In this document: one piece after another, positions 8,736 through 17,233 of the stretch
Position numbering within the stretch: position 1 is the first letter of the stretch
Layout of the letters: each line of letters begins with the position of its first letter
Assembly: GCA_046565595.1 (NCBI GenBank)
Contig: JBKHYG010000021.1
Span: forward strand, 1,455 to 65,454
DNA from: Actinomycetota bacterium
GTDB lineage: Bacteria > Actinomycetota > AC-67
Reading direction: 5' to 3'
Length of the DNA stretch: 64,000 nucleotides
Position numbers and translations under genes: made by a program
The notes under the pieces: generated by a model
The model's database searches: none
Seen by the model: only the letters and a program-made list of their open reading frames with translations
What the model was told of the DNA's origin: nothing

Positions 8736-10222
8736 GGCTTCGATCTCCGGTAACGAGACTCGTGCGAGATCATGCCCACTGCCAGCAGGAACAGCGCGAT
8801 CTCGAGCATGCGACCGAACCGCGCGTACCAGGTGCGGCCTTGCACCGGACGCAGACCCTGACGGATCACGGTTTCGGCGAAGTGGTCGGTGGCTTGCAGG
8901 ATCCGGCCGTCGGGCATGATGAATGCGCTGATCCCGGTGATCGCGGCTTGGACGACAGGCTTGCCGTGTTCGCGTGCACGCATCCGGCTCATCTCCAGAT
9001 GCTGGCGACTCGCCTTGCTGCGGCCGTAAGAGGCGTTGTTGGTAGAGACCACGATGATCTCGGCGCCGTCGGCAACTATGCGACGGATGTCTCGTGCGTA
9101 GGTGGACTCGAAGCAGATCGCGCTTCCGATCGTCACACCATCGACGGTGACCACACCCGGACCTTCGCCGGGCGCAAGGTCCCCGGGCAGGTATTCCTCG
9201 AGGATCGGCAGCACGCGGCGCGGCCATCCCCACGGGACGAACTCACCGAAGGGCACTAGATGCCTCTTGGCTACCTGATCGGTGATCCCCTGGGGCGTCA
9301 CCAACAGGTTGGTATTGCGTTGCTTCCCGTCCGCGTCGTCGGTGATCGCTCCAACCAGGAAGGGAACACCGAGGCGGCGGACCTGCTGGAGGGTCTCGGC
9401 GAACAGCTCTGGCATATCAGCAGGGTCACGGTCGTAGGCGTTCTCCGGCCAGATGACGAGGTCCGGCGCATCCTCGCTCGAGATGGTCGCGGTCTGGCGG
9501 AGATGCTGGCGGACGATGATCTCGTCCTCTGGACCCACACGACCGCGACGCGGCAAGCCGATCAGCCGTTCCTCGGGGCCACTGCCTTGGACGATCGCTA
9601 CCTCGAAGGGCTCGCGCTCTGCTCCTACGCCTATAGGAAGCACCCCGGCCAGCGTCGGAGTGATGTAGGCCGCGACGATCGCCACCAATATGGGTCTTCG
9701 CAGGCAACGAACGACGCTGAACAGCAGCGCGGCCTCTAGGACCATCCAGAGGCTAACCAGCCTCACTCCGCCGAAGGCGGCGAGGTTGCCGAGCGTGTCG
9801 CCGCCGGAATAGCCGAGCGACCCCCACTCGAACCCTCCGAGCGGGACCGTCGCGCGCGCCAGTTCGATCGCAGCGAACCAGACCGCCACCTGGAAGGCTC
9901 CCCCCGGCTCTCTCCTCCCCCACCTGCCCCATGCAGCCAGCCACCCGAACCCCGCGAGCCAAGCAGCCTGTGAAGCGGCGAGAGCCACCACCGCGTACCA
10001 ACCGAACGGCCCTAGCCACGCCAGCATCGGTCCGAAGAAGGCCACTCCGAACACGGCGCCGATCAAGGCACCCTGTCGGGGAGGGATGTCCCGCAGCAGC
10101 CACAGCAGCGCGACGATGCCGAGGAACCCCCCTGGGGCGAACACCGTCTGCGGGAAGGCCGTCTGGCCTAGGACGCCTGCCACCGCCGCGGCGAGGAGCC
10201 GATGCGGCAGACGCAACATCAT
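8732..10222 (-). CDS. lnt: apolipoprotein N-acyltransferase
   Basis: N-terminal multi-TM region followed by a C-N hydrolase (nitrilase-type) domain with VIWPENAYD; ATG at 10222 abuts the stop (10224-10226) of the upstream gene. Confidence 0.8.
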   Translation of the reverse strand: MMLRLPHRLLAAAVAGVLGQTAFPQTVFAPGGFLGIVALLWLLRDIPPRQGALIGAVFGVAFFGPMLAWLGPFGWYAVVALAASQAAWLAGFGWLAAWGRWGRREPGGAFQVAVWFAAIELARATVPLGGFEWGSLGYSGGDTLGNLAAFGGVRLVSLWMVLEAALLFSVVRCLRRPILVAIVAAYITPTLAGVLPIGVGAEREPFEVAIVQGSGPEERLIGLPRRGRVGPEDEIIVRQHLRQTATISSEDAPDLVIWPENAYDRDPADMPELFAETLQQVRRLGVPFLVGAITDDADGKQRNTNLLVTPQGITDQVAKRHLVPFGEFVPWGWPRRVLPILEEYLPGDLAPGEGPGVVTVDGVTIGSAICFESTYARDIRRIVADGAEIIVVSTNNASYGRSKASRQHLEMSRMRAREHGKPVVQAAITGISAFIMPDGRILQATDHFAETVIRQGLRPVQGRTWYARFGRMLEIALFLLAVGMISHESRYRRSKP

Positions 10223-10223
10223 C

Positions 10224-10502
10224 TCAGGCGCAATCCTGGCAGTACTTCTTCTTCGGGTCAGCCATCTGAGAGCGATGCTTGACCAGGAAGCATGATTGGC
10301 AGACGAACTCGTTGGCCTGCTGAGGCACGGCACGCTCGATCAACTGCTCGGTACGCGAGTCATCCACGACCGGCTCGTCGTCGTCCTCTTCGTCCCCTTC
10401 GCTGATCTCTTCGATGCTGCCGACGCCTTCTTCGGTCACATCGTCGTCGTCATCGTCCTCTTCGGACTCGAGATCGGGCTCTACGACCTCTTCCTCTGCC
10501 AC
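10224..10502 (-). CDS. conserved actinobacterial acidic protein with C-terminal Cys4 zinc-ribbon (DUF4193-like)
   Basis: 92 aa; poly-Asp/Glu N-terminus; C-terminal FVCQSCFLVKHRSQ...KKYCQDCA. Confidence 0.55.
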   Translation of the reverse strand: MAEEEVVEPDLESEEDDDDDDVTEEGVGSIEEISEGDEEDDDEPVVDDSRTEQLIERAVPQQANEFVCQSCFLVKHRSQMADPKKKYCQDCA

Positions 10503-10608
10503 TAACTCTCCTTCGTTGCGTACCTTCCGGCGGGCGCGTTATAGCCGACACCAGGCGCCTCCGCAACGGAGCGGGCATATCCCACCCCACCTATAGGCTC
10601 CCGCCGAG

Positions 10609-11574
10609 ATGGTGAAGTTGCGGGCAGACGCCTGGGATCCCTCCTATGGCCGGGGCTTCGAGGCCCTCGAGGAGGCCTCCGAGACGGCGGTAGATACCAG
10701 CGTGGAAACAGGCTGGGACCAGCCGCTACCTGGATCAGCCGACCCCTCGATGCTGACCTCGCTGGTCGACGGCACGATGCGTCTAGAGATGCGGCTTGTC
10801 GCGTCCGAAGGGCTGCTGCGGGCTCCGGGACTGATCGGTTCGGTCGCGGCCGGATCGTGCGAAGTGGGTCCTCGCAGCGGATTCGGAGCGATCGAGGTTC
10901 GCCGCCTGGCGATCACCGGGGCTGATCTTCGCGTGCCGGGCTTCGATCTCGAGGTAGGAGGCTCGATCCTGTCCTTCGAACCTGTCTCGACGCCTGGGAA
11001 CGATGACCTGGCTGTGATGAATGCCCTCCGAGATGCGATGACAGATCTCGAGGTTTCCGTGGCGACCACGCTCGCATCCGATCCGGACCGACTGGTGATC
11101 GTGGACGGGCCTCTGCGGTTCACCACTCCCACGCAAGCTCCGATCGTCGGGCTCATCAAGAGAGCCGTGCGGCGATATCTGCCGGACGCCGAGGAAGCGC
11201 TGCTCCCCCGTCTGGATCCCGGCCAGAGGACGCCATTGTTCGCCCTCGGCGACCCGCAGGCCGGCAGTCACCGCTACTCGTGGTACTCCCGCATCGGCAT
11301 CCCGCGGATCGGCCAGCACGAGCTCTCTGGCCTGGTCCGTTGCGAGGTCGCCGCCGCCCTAGGTCTCCCAGAAGCCAGACGGCTGGCTGATCTCGTCGCT
11401 GGCAACCTCCCCCGCTTGGGTGGGCGACCAGACGATCCCCGCACGCCGCAGAACCTGCTGCCCGTCTCTGGGCTCGAGCGCAAGCTCCGGCATCATCTAG
11501 GCGACCGGGCACTGGTCGCTCGGGCCTGCAGCAGGTGGATCACCCAGATCGCACGCCAGGAGGCGACAGTATGA
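10609..11574 (+). CDS. nurA: NurA-like 5'-3' nuclease
   Basis: 321 aa; two DG[ST/P] motifs (SLVDGTMRLE, LVIVDGPLRF) as in NurA; first gene of a 4-gene coupled operon; TGA overlaps the herA ATG (ATGA). Confidence 0.55.
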   Translation: MVKLRADAWDPSYGRGFEALEEASETAVDTSVETGWDQPLPGSADPSMLTSLVDGTMRLEMRLVASEGLLRAPGLIGSVAAGSCEVGPRSGFGAIEVRRLAITGADLRVPGFDLEVGGSILSFEPVSTPGNDDLAVMNALRDAMTDLEVSVATTLASDPDRLVIVDGPLRFTTPTQAPIVGLIKRAVRRYLPDAEEALLPRLDPGQRTPLFALGDPQAGSHRYSWYSRIGIPRIGQHELSGLVRCEVAAALGLPEARRLADLVAGNLPRLGGRPDDPRTPQNLLPVSGLERKLRHHLGDRALVARACSRWITQIARQEATV

Positions 11575-13265
11575 CCCAGCAGCACACATCTGAGCCCGTC
11601 GGACTGGTCCAAGGGGTCGATCCGGCGTCACCACTCACCTTCTGGGTAGCGGTCTCTCCTGACTCCTACCTGCAGTTGGATGACGCGGTGTTGATCGATT
11701 CCGAGGTGCCCGGACGCGGACGGGTCCGCATCTCTGGGATAGTCCAGGATGTTCGCGCTCAGCACGAAGGCGCCAGTCTCGCCTCGGATGTGTTCCTGGC
11801 CGACCAGGATGTCCTGCCGGTGCAGACAGCCGTCGACGCTCAGGTCGTCGTGACCCGCGTCTCCCCCGAGATCTTCGTGCCTCCTATGCCCGGCCTACCC
11901 GCGTTCCGGGCGCGGGGCGGCGAGCGTGATGAGGTCCTTGGTTTCAGCACCATCGAGCGGCGCCTGCCAGCCGGATTGTCGCGAGACGGCGAACCGATCT
12001 GGCTCGACCTCGATTTCCTCGACGGTAAGAAGGGCGCGCACATCAACATCTCAGGTATCAGCGGGGTTGCGACCAAGACCTCGTACGCGTTGTTCCTGCT
12101 GTACGCGCTCTTCCACTCTGATGCTCTGGGTCCTACGGCAACCAACGCGAAGGCGCTGATCTTCAATGTGAAGGGCGAGGATCTGCTCTGGCTCGACCAC
12201 CCGACGAACTCGGCTTCCTTCGATCCCACCCAATACGAGGCGCTCGGACTGAAGCCTGGACCCTTCGAGAGCGTCGGCCTATGGGCACCTGCCCGCAGAG
12301 GAAGCGGAGACACTGTGCTGCCGGCGGTATCGGGCAGACAGCGTGGCGTGACCGCCTACGGCTGGACGGTCCGCCAGTTCGTAGAGGACCGGCTCCTTCG
12401 TTTCCTGTTCGCGGAGGCCAACGACGCCAACTCCCAGATCGGGGATCTCGTCGCGAGGATCGAGACCGCTCTGGAACGCGGCCTCCGACCCCCTACCGAA
12501 GACGCGTCTTCGATGGTGACCGAGGAAGGCGTGGTCATCGGTTCGCTGCGAGATCTGGTCGCTCACATCGAGGCGCGTCTAGACGCTGAAGATCCTGCCT
12601 ACCTCGGTCGGATCGCTCCGGGTACCGCCAGCGCCTTCATCAGGCGACTGAACGGAGTCGTCCCAGAGGTTGAGCAACTGATCCTGGATTCCTCGGTCGA
12701 GCATCCCGAGCGTTATCAGATCGATTTCGATGGAGCCCAGGTGACCGTGGTGGATATCCACAACCTCAAGGATCGAGCCAAGAGGTTCGTGACCGGCGTG
12801 GTCGTACGCCGCATGTTCGAGGCCAAGGAGGACACCGGCGAACGCGAGCCGCTGAACTTCCTGGTGCTCGACGAACTGAATCGCTACGCGCCGCGAGAAG
12901 GTTGGAGCCCGATCAAAGAGATCCTGCTGGATATCGCCGAGCGCGGCCGCTCGATGGGCATGATCTTGATCGGCGCCGAACAGACGGCAAGCGAGGTCGA
13001 ACGCCGCATCGTCGCGAACTCGGCCTTCCGGGTCGTTGGGCGCCTGGATGCAGCCGAGTCCGCGCGGAGCGAGTACGCATTCCTGCCTGCGGTCACCCGC
13101 GCACGCGCCAGCATCCTCGAGCCCGGCTCGATGGTGCTGCAGCAGCCCACCATCCCGATCCCCCTTCAGTTGCGGTTCCCCTTCCCCGCTTGGGCCACGC
13201 GCAAGGAAGAAGCCTTGATCGAGACAGATGACGAGGAACTCTTCAAGCGGGCCGGCGGACGATGA
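11571..13265 (+). CDS. herA: HerA/FtsK-superfamily ATPase (HerA-like; DUF87-type)
   Basis: N-terminal barrel-like region, deviant P-loop GISGVATKTS, Walker B FLVLDELNRYAP, arginine-finger-like ERGRSMGMILIGAEQ; ATGA overlaps with nurA and sbcD. Confidence 0.7.
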   Translation: MTQQHTSEPVGLVQGVDPASPLTFWVAVSPDSYLQLDDAVLIDSEVPGRGRVRISGIVQDVRAQHEGASLASDVFLADQDVLPVQTAVDAQVVVTRVSPEIFVPPMPGLPAFRARGGERDEVLGFSTIERRLPAGLSRDGEPIWLDLDFLDGKKGAHINISGISGVATKTSYALFLLYALFHSDALGPTATNAKALIFNVKGEDLLWLDHPTNSASFDPTQYEALGLKPGPFESVGLWAPARRGSGDTVLPAVSGRQRGVTAYGWTVRQFVEDRLLRFLFAEANDANSQIGDLVARIETALERGLRPPTEDASSMVTEEGVVIGSLRDLVAHIEARLDAEDPAYLGRIAPGTASAFIRRLNGVVPEVEQLILDSSVEHPERYQIDFDGAQVTVVDIHNLKDRAKRFVTGVVVRRMFEAKEDTGEREPLNFLVLDELNRYAPREGWSPIKEILLDIAERGRSMGMILIGAEQTASEVERRIVANSAFRVVGRLDAAESARSEYAFLPAVTRARASILEPGSMVLQQPTIPIPLQLRFPFPAWATRKEEALIETDDEELFKRAGGR

Positions 13266-14416
13266 GGTTCCTGCACACCAGCGATTGGCACATCGGGCGA
13301 ACCATCCGGGGTCGTGACCGGATGCAGGAAGCGGCCGCGGTGCTGGACGAGATCGTCGAGATAGCGGCGGACGCTCGACTCGATCTGGTGATCATCGCCG
13401 GCGACCTGTTCGACGCTCGGGTCCCTCCCGCCGAAGCAGAGAAACTCGTCAATCAGACGCTCCTACGCTTGCGGGATACGGGCGCTGCGGTCGTCGCCAT
13501 AGCCGGAAACCACGAGAGCCAGCCTCGGCTGGAAGCGGTCGTGCCGCTGTTCGCCGAGCTGGGCATCCATCTGGTGACCAAGGTTCGCTTGCCCGGTGAC
13601 GGAGGCATCATCACCGTGCCCTCGCGCTCTGGCGAAGAGACAGCCGAGATCGCATGCATCCCGTTCGTACCCGAGCGCGCCTTCGGCGACGCTTCCTCGG
13701 TCTTCGAAGACATCGGTAGTTGGCCGGCGGCTTACGCCGACCAGATGGCTCGGTTGTTGCAGGTCTTCGCCTCGCACATGACGCCGGGGACGCTCCATCT
13801 GATGGCGGCGCATCTGCTGGCGAGCGGCGCCAGGTTCGGTAAGGGTGGCGGTGAACGAGAGGTGACTCTCGGACCTAACTATGCGGTAACTGCATCCTCG
13901 CTCCCACCGACGCTCACCTACCTCGCGTTGGGACACATCCATCAGCCGCAGCGGGTGAAGGGCGCGCCCAGCCCCACCTGGTATTCGGGTAGCCCCTGGA
14001 TGCTGGATTTCGGCGAAGAACGCGACGACAAGTCGGTCCAGATCGTCGAGGCGTCCGCAGGCAAGCCGCCAAAGGTCGAACAGGTCCGGCTGGGCAGGCA
14101 TCGGCGGCTGGTCACCCTCAAGGGGCCCCTCTCAGAGTTGCTTTCTGAAGCCGAGGCTCACGACGAGCACTATGTCCGGCTGCTGGTAGAGCTGGACGGG
14201 CCCCAACCGGGCCTGGCGGACCAACTCCGTGACGCCTTCCCGGGAGCGGTCACCATCACCCCCATCTATCCAGCCGTCGACGAGCAAGAACACGAGCCGA
14301 TCGAGGGCCTGCCGATGCGGGATCGTTTCGAGAGGTTCCTTTCGACCAAAGGCATCGAGGAAGCCGCATGGCTGATGTCAGGCTTCGACGACCTGATCGA
14401 GGGGATCGATCTTTGA
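13262..14416 (+). CDS. sbcD: DNA repair exonuclease SbcD / Mre11-family phosphoesterase
   Basis: Calcineurin-like phosphoesterase motifs DWHIG, IAGDLFD, GNHES, GHIH; 384 aa. Confidence 0.85.
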   Translation: MRFLHTSDWHIGRTIRGRDRMQEAAAVLDEIVEIAADARLDLVIIAGDLFDARVPPAEAEKLVNQTLLRLRDTGAAVVAIAGNHESQPRLEAVVPLFAELGIHLVTKVRLPGDGGIITVPSRSGEETAEIACIPFVPERAFGDASSVFEDIGSWPAAYADQMARLLQVFASHMTPGTLHLMAAHLLASGARFGKGGGEREVTLGPNYAVTASSLPPTLTYLALGHIHQPQRVKGAPSPTWYSGSPWMLDFGEERDDKSVQIVEASAGKPPKVEQVRLGRHRRLVTLKGPLSELLSEAEAHDEHYVRLLVELDGPQPGLADQLRDAFPGAVTITPIYPAVDEQEHEPIEGLPMRDRFERFLSTKGIEEAAWLMSGFDDLIEGIDL

Positions 14417-16926
14417 GGATCCTGTCGCTCCGGATCGAAGGCTTCACCTCTCTGCGCGACGAGGTGCACCTCGACCTTCGAGATGCCGACCTGTTCGCGA
14501 TCACCGGACCGACCGGAGCAGGCAAGACATCCCTGCTGGATGCGATCACCTACGGCCTCTACGGCAAGATCGAGAGGGTCGAGGACACCAGCGATACCTC
14601 GATAACCGATCTGATCAGTCATCATCGGGATCAGGCGAAGGTCCTGGTCGAGTTCGAAGCCAGCGGACACACCTATCGGGTGGTGCGTCGCGTCTCCCGC
14701 AAGGGACAGACGAAGATCCTGTTCGAGCAACTCCAGCCAGACGATTCCTGGGCACCGGCCTGCGAAGGAGCCGACCGGGTCAAGGATGCCACTGCGGCGA
14801 TCACCCGGATCATCGGCGTCAACTATGAGGGCTTCACGCGTGCCGTCCTGCTGCCGCAGGGACGCTTCGCGCAGTTCCTGGTCGGCAAGCCGAGCAAGCG
14901 TCGAGAGATCCTTACCGAGCTCCTCGGGTTGAAGAGGATCCAGGATCTAGGCGGACGCGCCCGAGAGATCGGCAGGGACTGCCTGTCTACCGCCGCATCC
15001 AAGCAAGGGTTCCTCGAGACGACCTTCGCCGACGCGACGCCTGAACGCTTGGACGAACTCATCGGATCCGCCAAGGATGCGGGGCACCGTCGCGAACAGC
15101 TCGAAGAACTGCTGCGAGACCTGCAGACCCTCGAGAAGCGCACCACCAAGGTTGCGCAAGACGCCGAACGCGCAGCCAAGGTGTCATCCGCGTTGCGACG
15201 CTCTGCGGAACAGATCCGGGATCTGCAACTCCAGATCGGGTCCGGCAAGACCAGGTTGATCGAGCTGGATGAAGCCTTCTCCAAGGCTGAGGAGCTCCGC
15301 AAGGAGTCAGTCTCCGCATCCGCGAAGGCCGAGTCCGAGTTGGCGGCACACATCGAAGCCTATGGGGATGCCTCTAGCTTGAGGACCCTGGATCATGCCG
15401 CCGCGGACATGCGGAGAGCACGAGAACAGCTCTCGATCCTGGATGAGCGTCTAGCCAAAGGTGCAGAGACGCTCTCAGCTGATGAAGCACGCGCAGCAGC
15501 AGCCGAAGCCGAGGTCTCGGCTGCCACCCAAGATCTAGAGCGGGCGAGCAGCGCACTGCGGCTCGCCCGAGGAGAACTCGAGCAGGCGCGGACTTCGGAC
15601 ATGGTCGGTGCGCTGTGCACCGAGCTGCATCCAGGCGATCCATGCCCGATCTGCGCATCCCCCCTCTCGACGGTCCCGCCGGCCTCCGATCGAAGCGAAG
15701 CGGCAGCACTAGCGGTCACCGAAGCCGAGCGCATCGAACGCCGAGCGATCGACGAACTGACGCAGGCGTCCTCATCGCTAGAGAGAGCAAGGGCAACCGT
15801 CGAGCGCGACCGCGACCTCATCGAAACGATCACCGCTGACCGAGCCGAAGCTCAACGGCTCTACGACGAAGCAGCCAGCCGCCTACCGGAGCCTCTACGG
15901 GACTCCCAGGATGCTTCGGCCAAGGTCGCCGCGCTCATCCAGGAGCGTACGCATCTGACCGACCAGGTGGCCGGCTTCGACCGAGCCGTTCGCCAGACCG
16001 AGCAGGCGATCACCGGTGTGAGCAGTGCAAGAGAGGCCGTGCGAGCAGACATCGCAAAGGCCGAAGCCCTGCTCGAAGCTCTGCCCGCTTCCCTCCCCCT
16101 GGACGAGACTGCCGAGATCATCGGCGTTCCAGCACCCCCGGCCATCGTTCCCGCGACGCTGCAGGAGTTGGCGGACAAGGTGGATGAGGTAGCGGCGTCG
16201 ACCGCCCAAGCCAAAGACGCCGTGGATCGTGAAGCCCGCGAGCTATGCGCGGATCTGGTGGGACCGACCGAGGATCTCGCAGACGCATTACGGACCGCAT
16301 CGATCGAGAGGGACGCGGCCCTCCGCGCAGAGACCACCGCCAACGATGAGCACGCTCGGGTCTCCAAGCAGATGAAGGAAGCGGACACTCTGCGTGAGGA
16401 GATCTCGGAACTCGATCGACGCGCCGAGTTGTTCACCGAGCTCGGGAAACTGTTGCAGGGGAACGAGTTCCTCCAGTTCCTCCAGGAAGATGCGATGCGC
16501 AGCCTGGCGACCAGCGCCGGGGACCACCTTGCCAGGTTGTCCTCTGGCCGTTACAGGCTGCGCTTCGAAGACAACGATTTCGTCGTCGTCGATACCTGGA
16601 ACGCTGACGAGCGAAGGTCGGCCCGGACGCTGTCAGGGGGCGAAACCTTCCTCGCGTCGCTATCACTGGCCCTCTCGCTGTCAGACGAGGTCGTCCGACA
16701 CGGGCTGGGTACCTCGGTCAGACTCGAGAGCCTGTTCCTCGACGAAGGCTTCGGGACGCTCGATCCCGAAGCTCTGAACGAGGTCGTGGATGCTCTAGAG
16801 AACCTGGCCAGCGGGTCGCGTGTCGTCGGGGTGATAACCCACATAGCCGAGCTAGCTCAGAGGTTGCCGGTCCGGATCGAGGTCGAGAAGCGGCCCGAAG
16901 GCAGCCGGGTCCGTCGGGTCGGTTGA
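14413..16926 (+). CDS. sbcC: DNA repair ATPase SbcC / Rad50-family (SMC-like, zinc hook)
   Basis: TTG start at 14413 overlapping the sbcD stop (TTGA), giving MRILSLRIEGF; Walker A GPTGAGKTS; long coiled-coil; zinc hook CPICASP (15643-15654); signature LSGGETF; Walker B LFLDEGFGTLD. Confidence 0.85.
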   Translation: MRILSLRIEGFTSLRDEVHLDLRDADLFAITGPTGAGKTSLLDAITYGLYGKIERVEDTSDTSITDLISHHRDQAKVLVEFEASGHTYRVVRRVSRKGQTKILFEQLQPDDSWAPACEGADRVKDATAAITRIIGVNYEGFTRAVLLPQGRFAQFLVGKPSKRREILTELLGLKRIQDLGGRAREIGRDCLSTAASKQGFLETTFADATPERLDELIGSAKDAGHRREQLEELLRDLQTLEKRTTKVAQDAERAAKVSSALRRSAEQIRDLQLQIGSGKTRLIELDEAFSKAEELRKESVSASAKAESELAAHIEAYGDASSLRTLDHAAADMRRAREQLSILDERLAKGAETLSADEARAAAAEAEVSAATQDLERASSALRLARGELEQARTSDMVGALCTELHPGDPCPICASPLSTVPPASDRSEAAALAVTEAERIERRAIDELTQASSSLERARATVERDRDLIETITADRAEAQRLYDEAASRLPEPLRDSQDASAKVAALIQERTHLTDQVAGFDRAVRQTEQAITGVSSAREAVRADIAKAEALLEALPASLPLDETAEIIGVPAPPAIVPATLQELADKVDEVAASTAQAKDAVDREARELCADLVGPTEDLADALRTASIERDAALRAETTANDEHARVSKQMKEADTLREEISELDRRAELFTELGKLLQGNEFLQFLQEDAMRSLATSAGDHLARLSSGRYRLRFEDNDFVVVDTWNADERRSARTLSGGETFLASLSLALSLSDEVVRHGLGTSVRLESLFLDEGFGTLDPEALNEVVDALENLASGSRVVGVITHIAELAQRLPVRIEVEKRPEGSRVRRVG

Positions 16927-16933
16927 ACCGTGA

Positions 16934-17233
16934 TCATGCTCCCGGGGACCCAGACGGATCTACCCCGGGGTGTTCCCCTGCCACGGTCCCGAGGATCCGA
17001 GCACACTGTTCCTGGGTCAACTGTGGCGGACAAGTCGGGATGCCGCCGGTGCGTTCGTAGTCGCAGATGATCTGGCGTTCAGCGGCCGTGGGAGCCTCCG
17101 CATCGCAGGTGTCCCGCTCTAAAGCGACGGCAAGCAAGATCGCCACGACCAGAGATCCAAGGACCGCCCCAACCAGGAGCATCCGTCGGCGCCTGTCTCG
17201 TCTCGCTTCCGCGGTATCAGCCATCCCCATCAA
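16934..17233 (-). CDS. hypothetical small membrane-anchored protein
   Basis: 99 aa ORF with a hydrophobic segment LLVGAVLGSLVVAILLAVAL; ATGA overlap with the stop of the upstream acyl-CoA dehydrogenase. Confidence 0.3.
   Translation of the reverse strand: MMGMADTAEARRDRRRRMLLVGAVLGSLVVAILLAVALERDTCDAEAPTAAERQIICDYERTGGIPTCPPQLTQEQCARILGTVAGEHPGVDPSGSPGA

Noticed and set aside
11571-13265. HerA-like ATPase as a conjugative VirB4/TraC-type or FtsK translocase (mobile element)
   Set aside because: No relaxase, coupling protein, integrase or other T4SS genes nearby. Tight coupling to a NurA-like nuclease and SbcDC fits the HerA context far better.
13262-16926. SbcCD-like pair as a Lamassu/Gabija-type antiphage module rather than bona fide SbcCD
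   Set aside because: SbcD retains the full set of Mre11 phosphoesterase motifs. SbcC has the zinc hook CxxC and a long coiled coil at canonical positions. The neighbourhood is conserved housekeeping genes rather than a defence island. A defence role for the whole 4-gene unit is not excluded.
16926-17000. GC palindromes (CCCGGGG ... CCCCGGGG) after sbcC as a bidirectional terminator
   Set aside because: They lie inside the 3' end of the small minus-strand ORF, with a 17-nt loop and no U-tract; not convincing as an intrinsic terminator.
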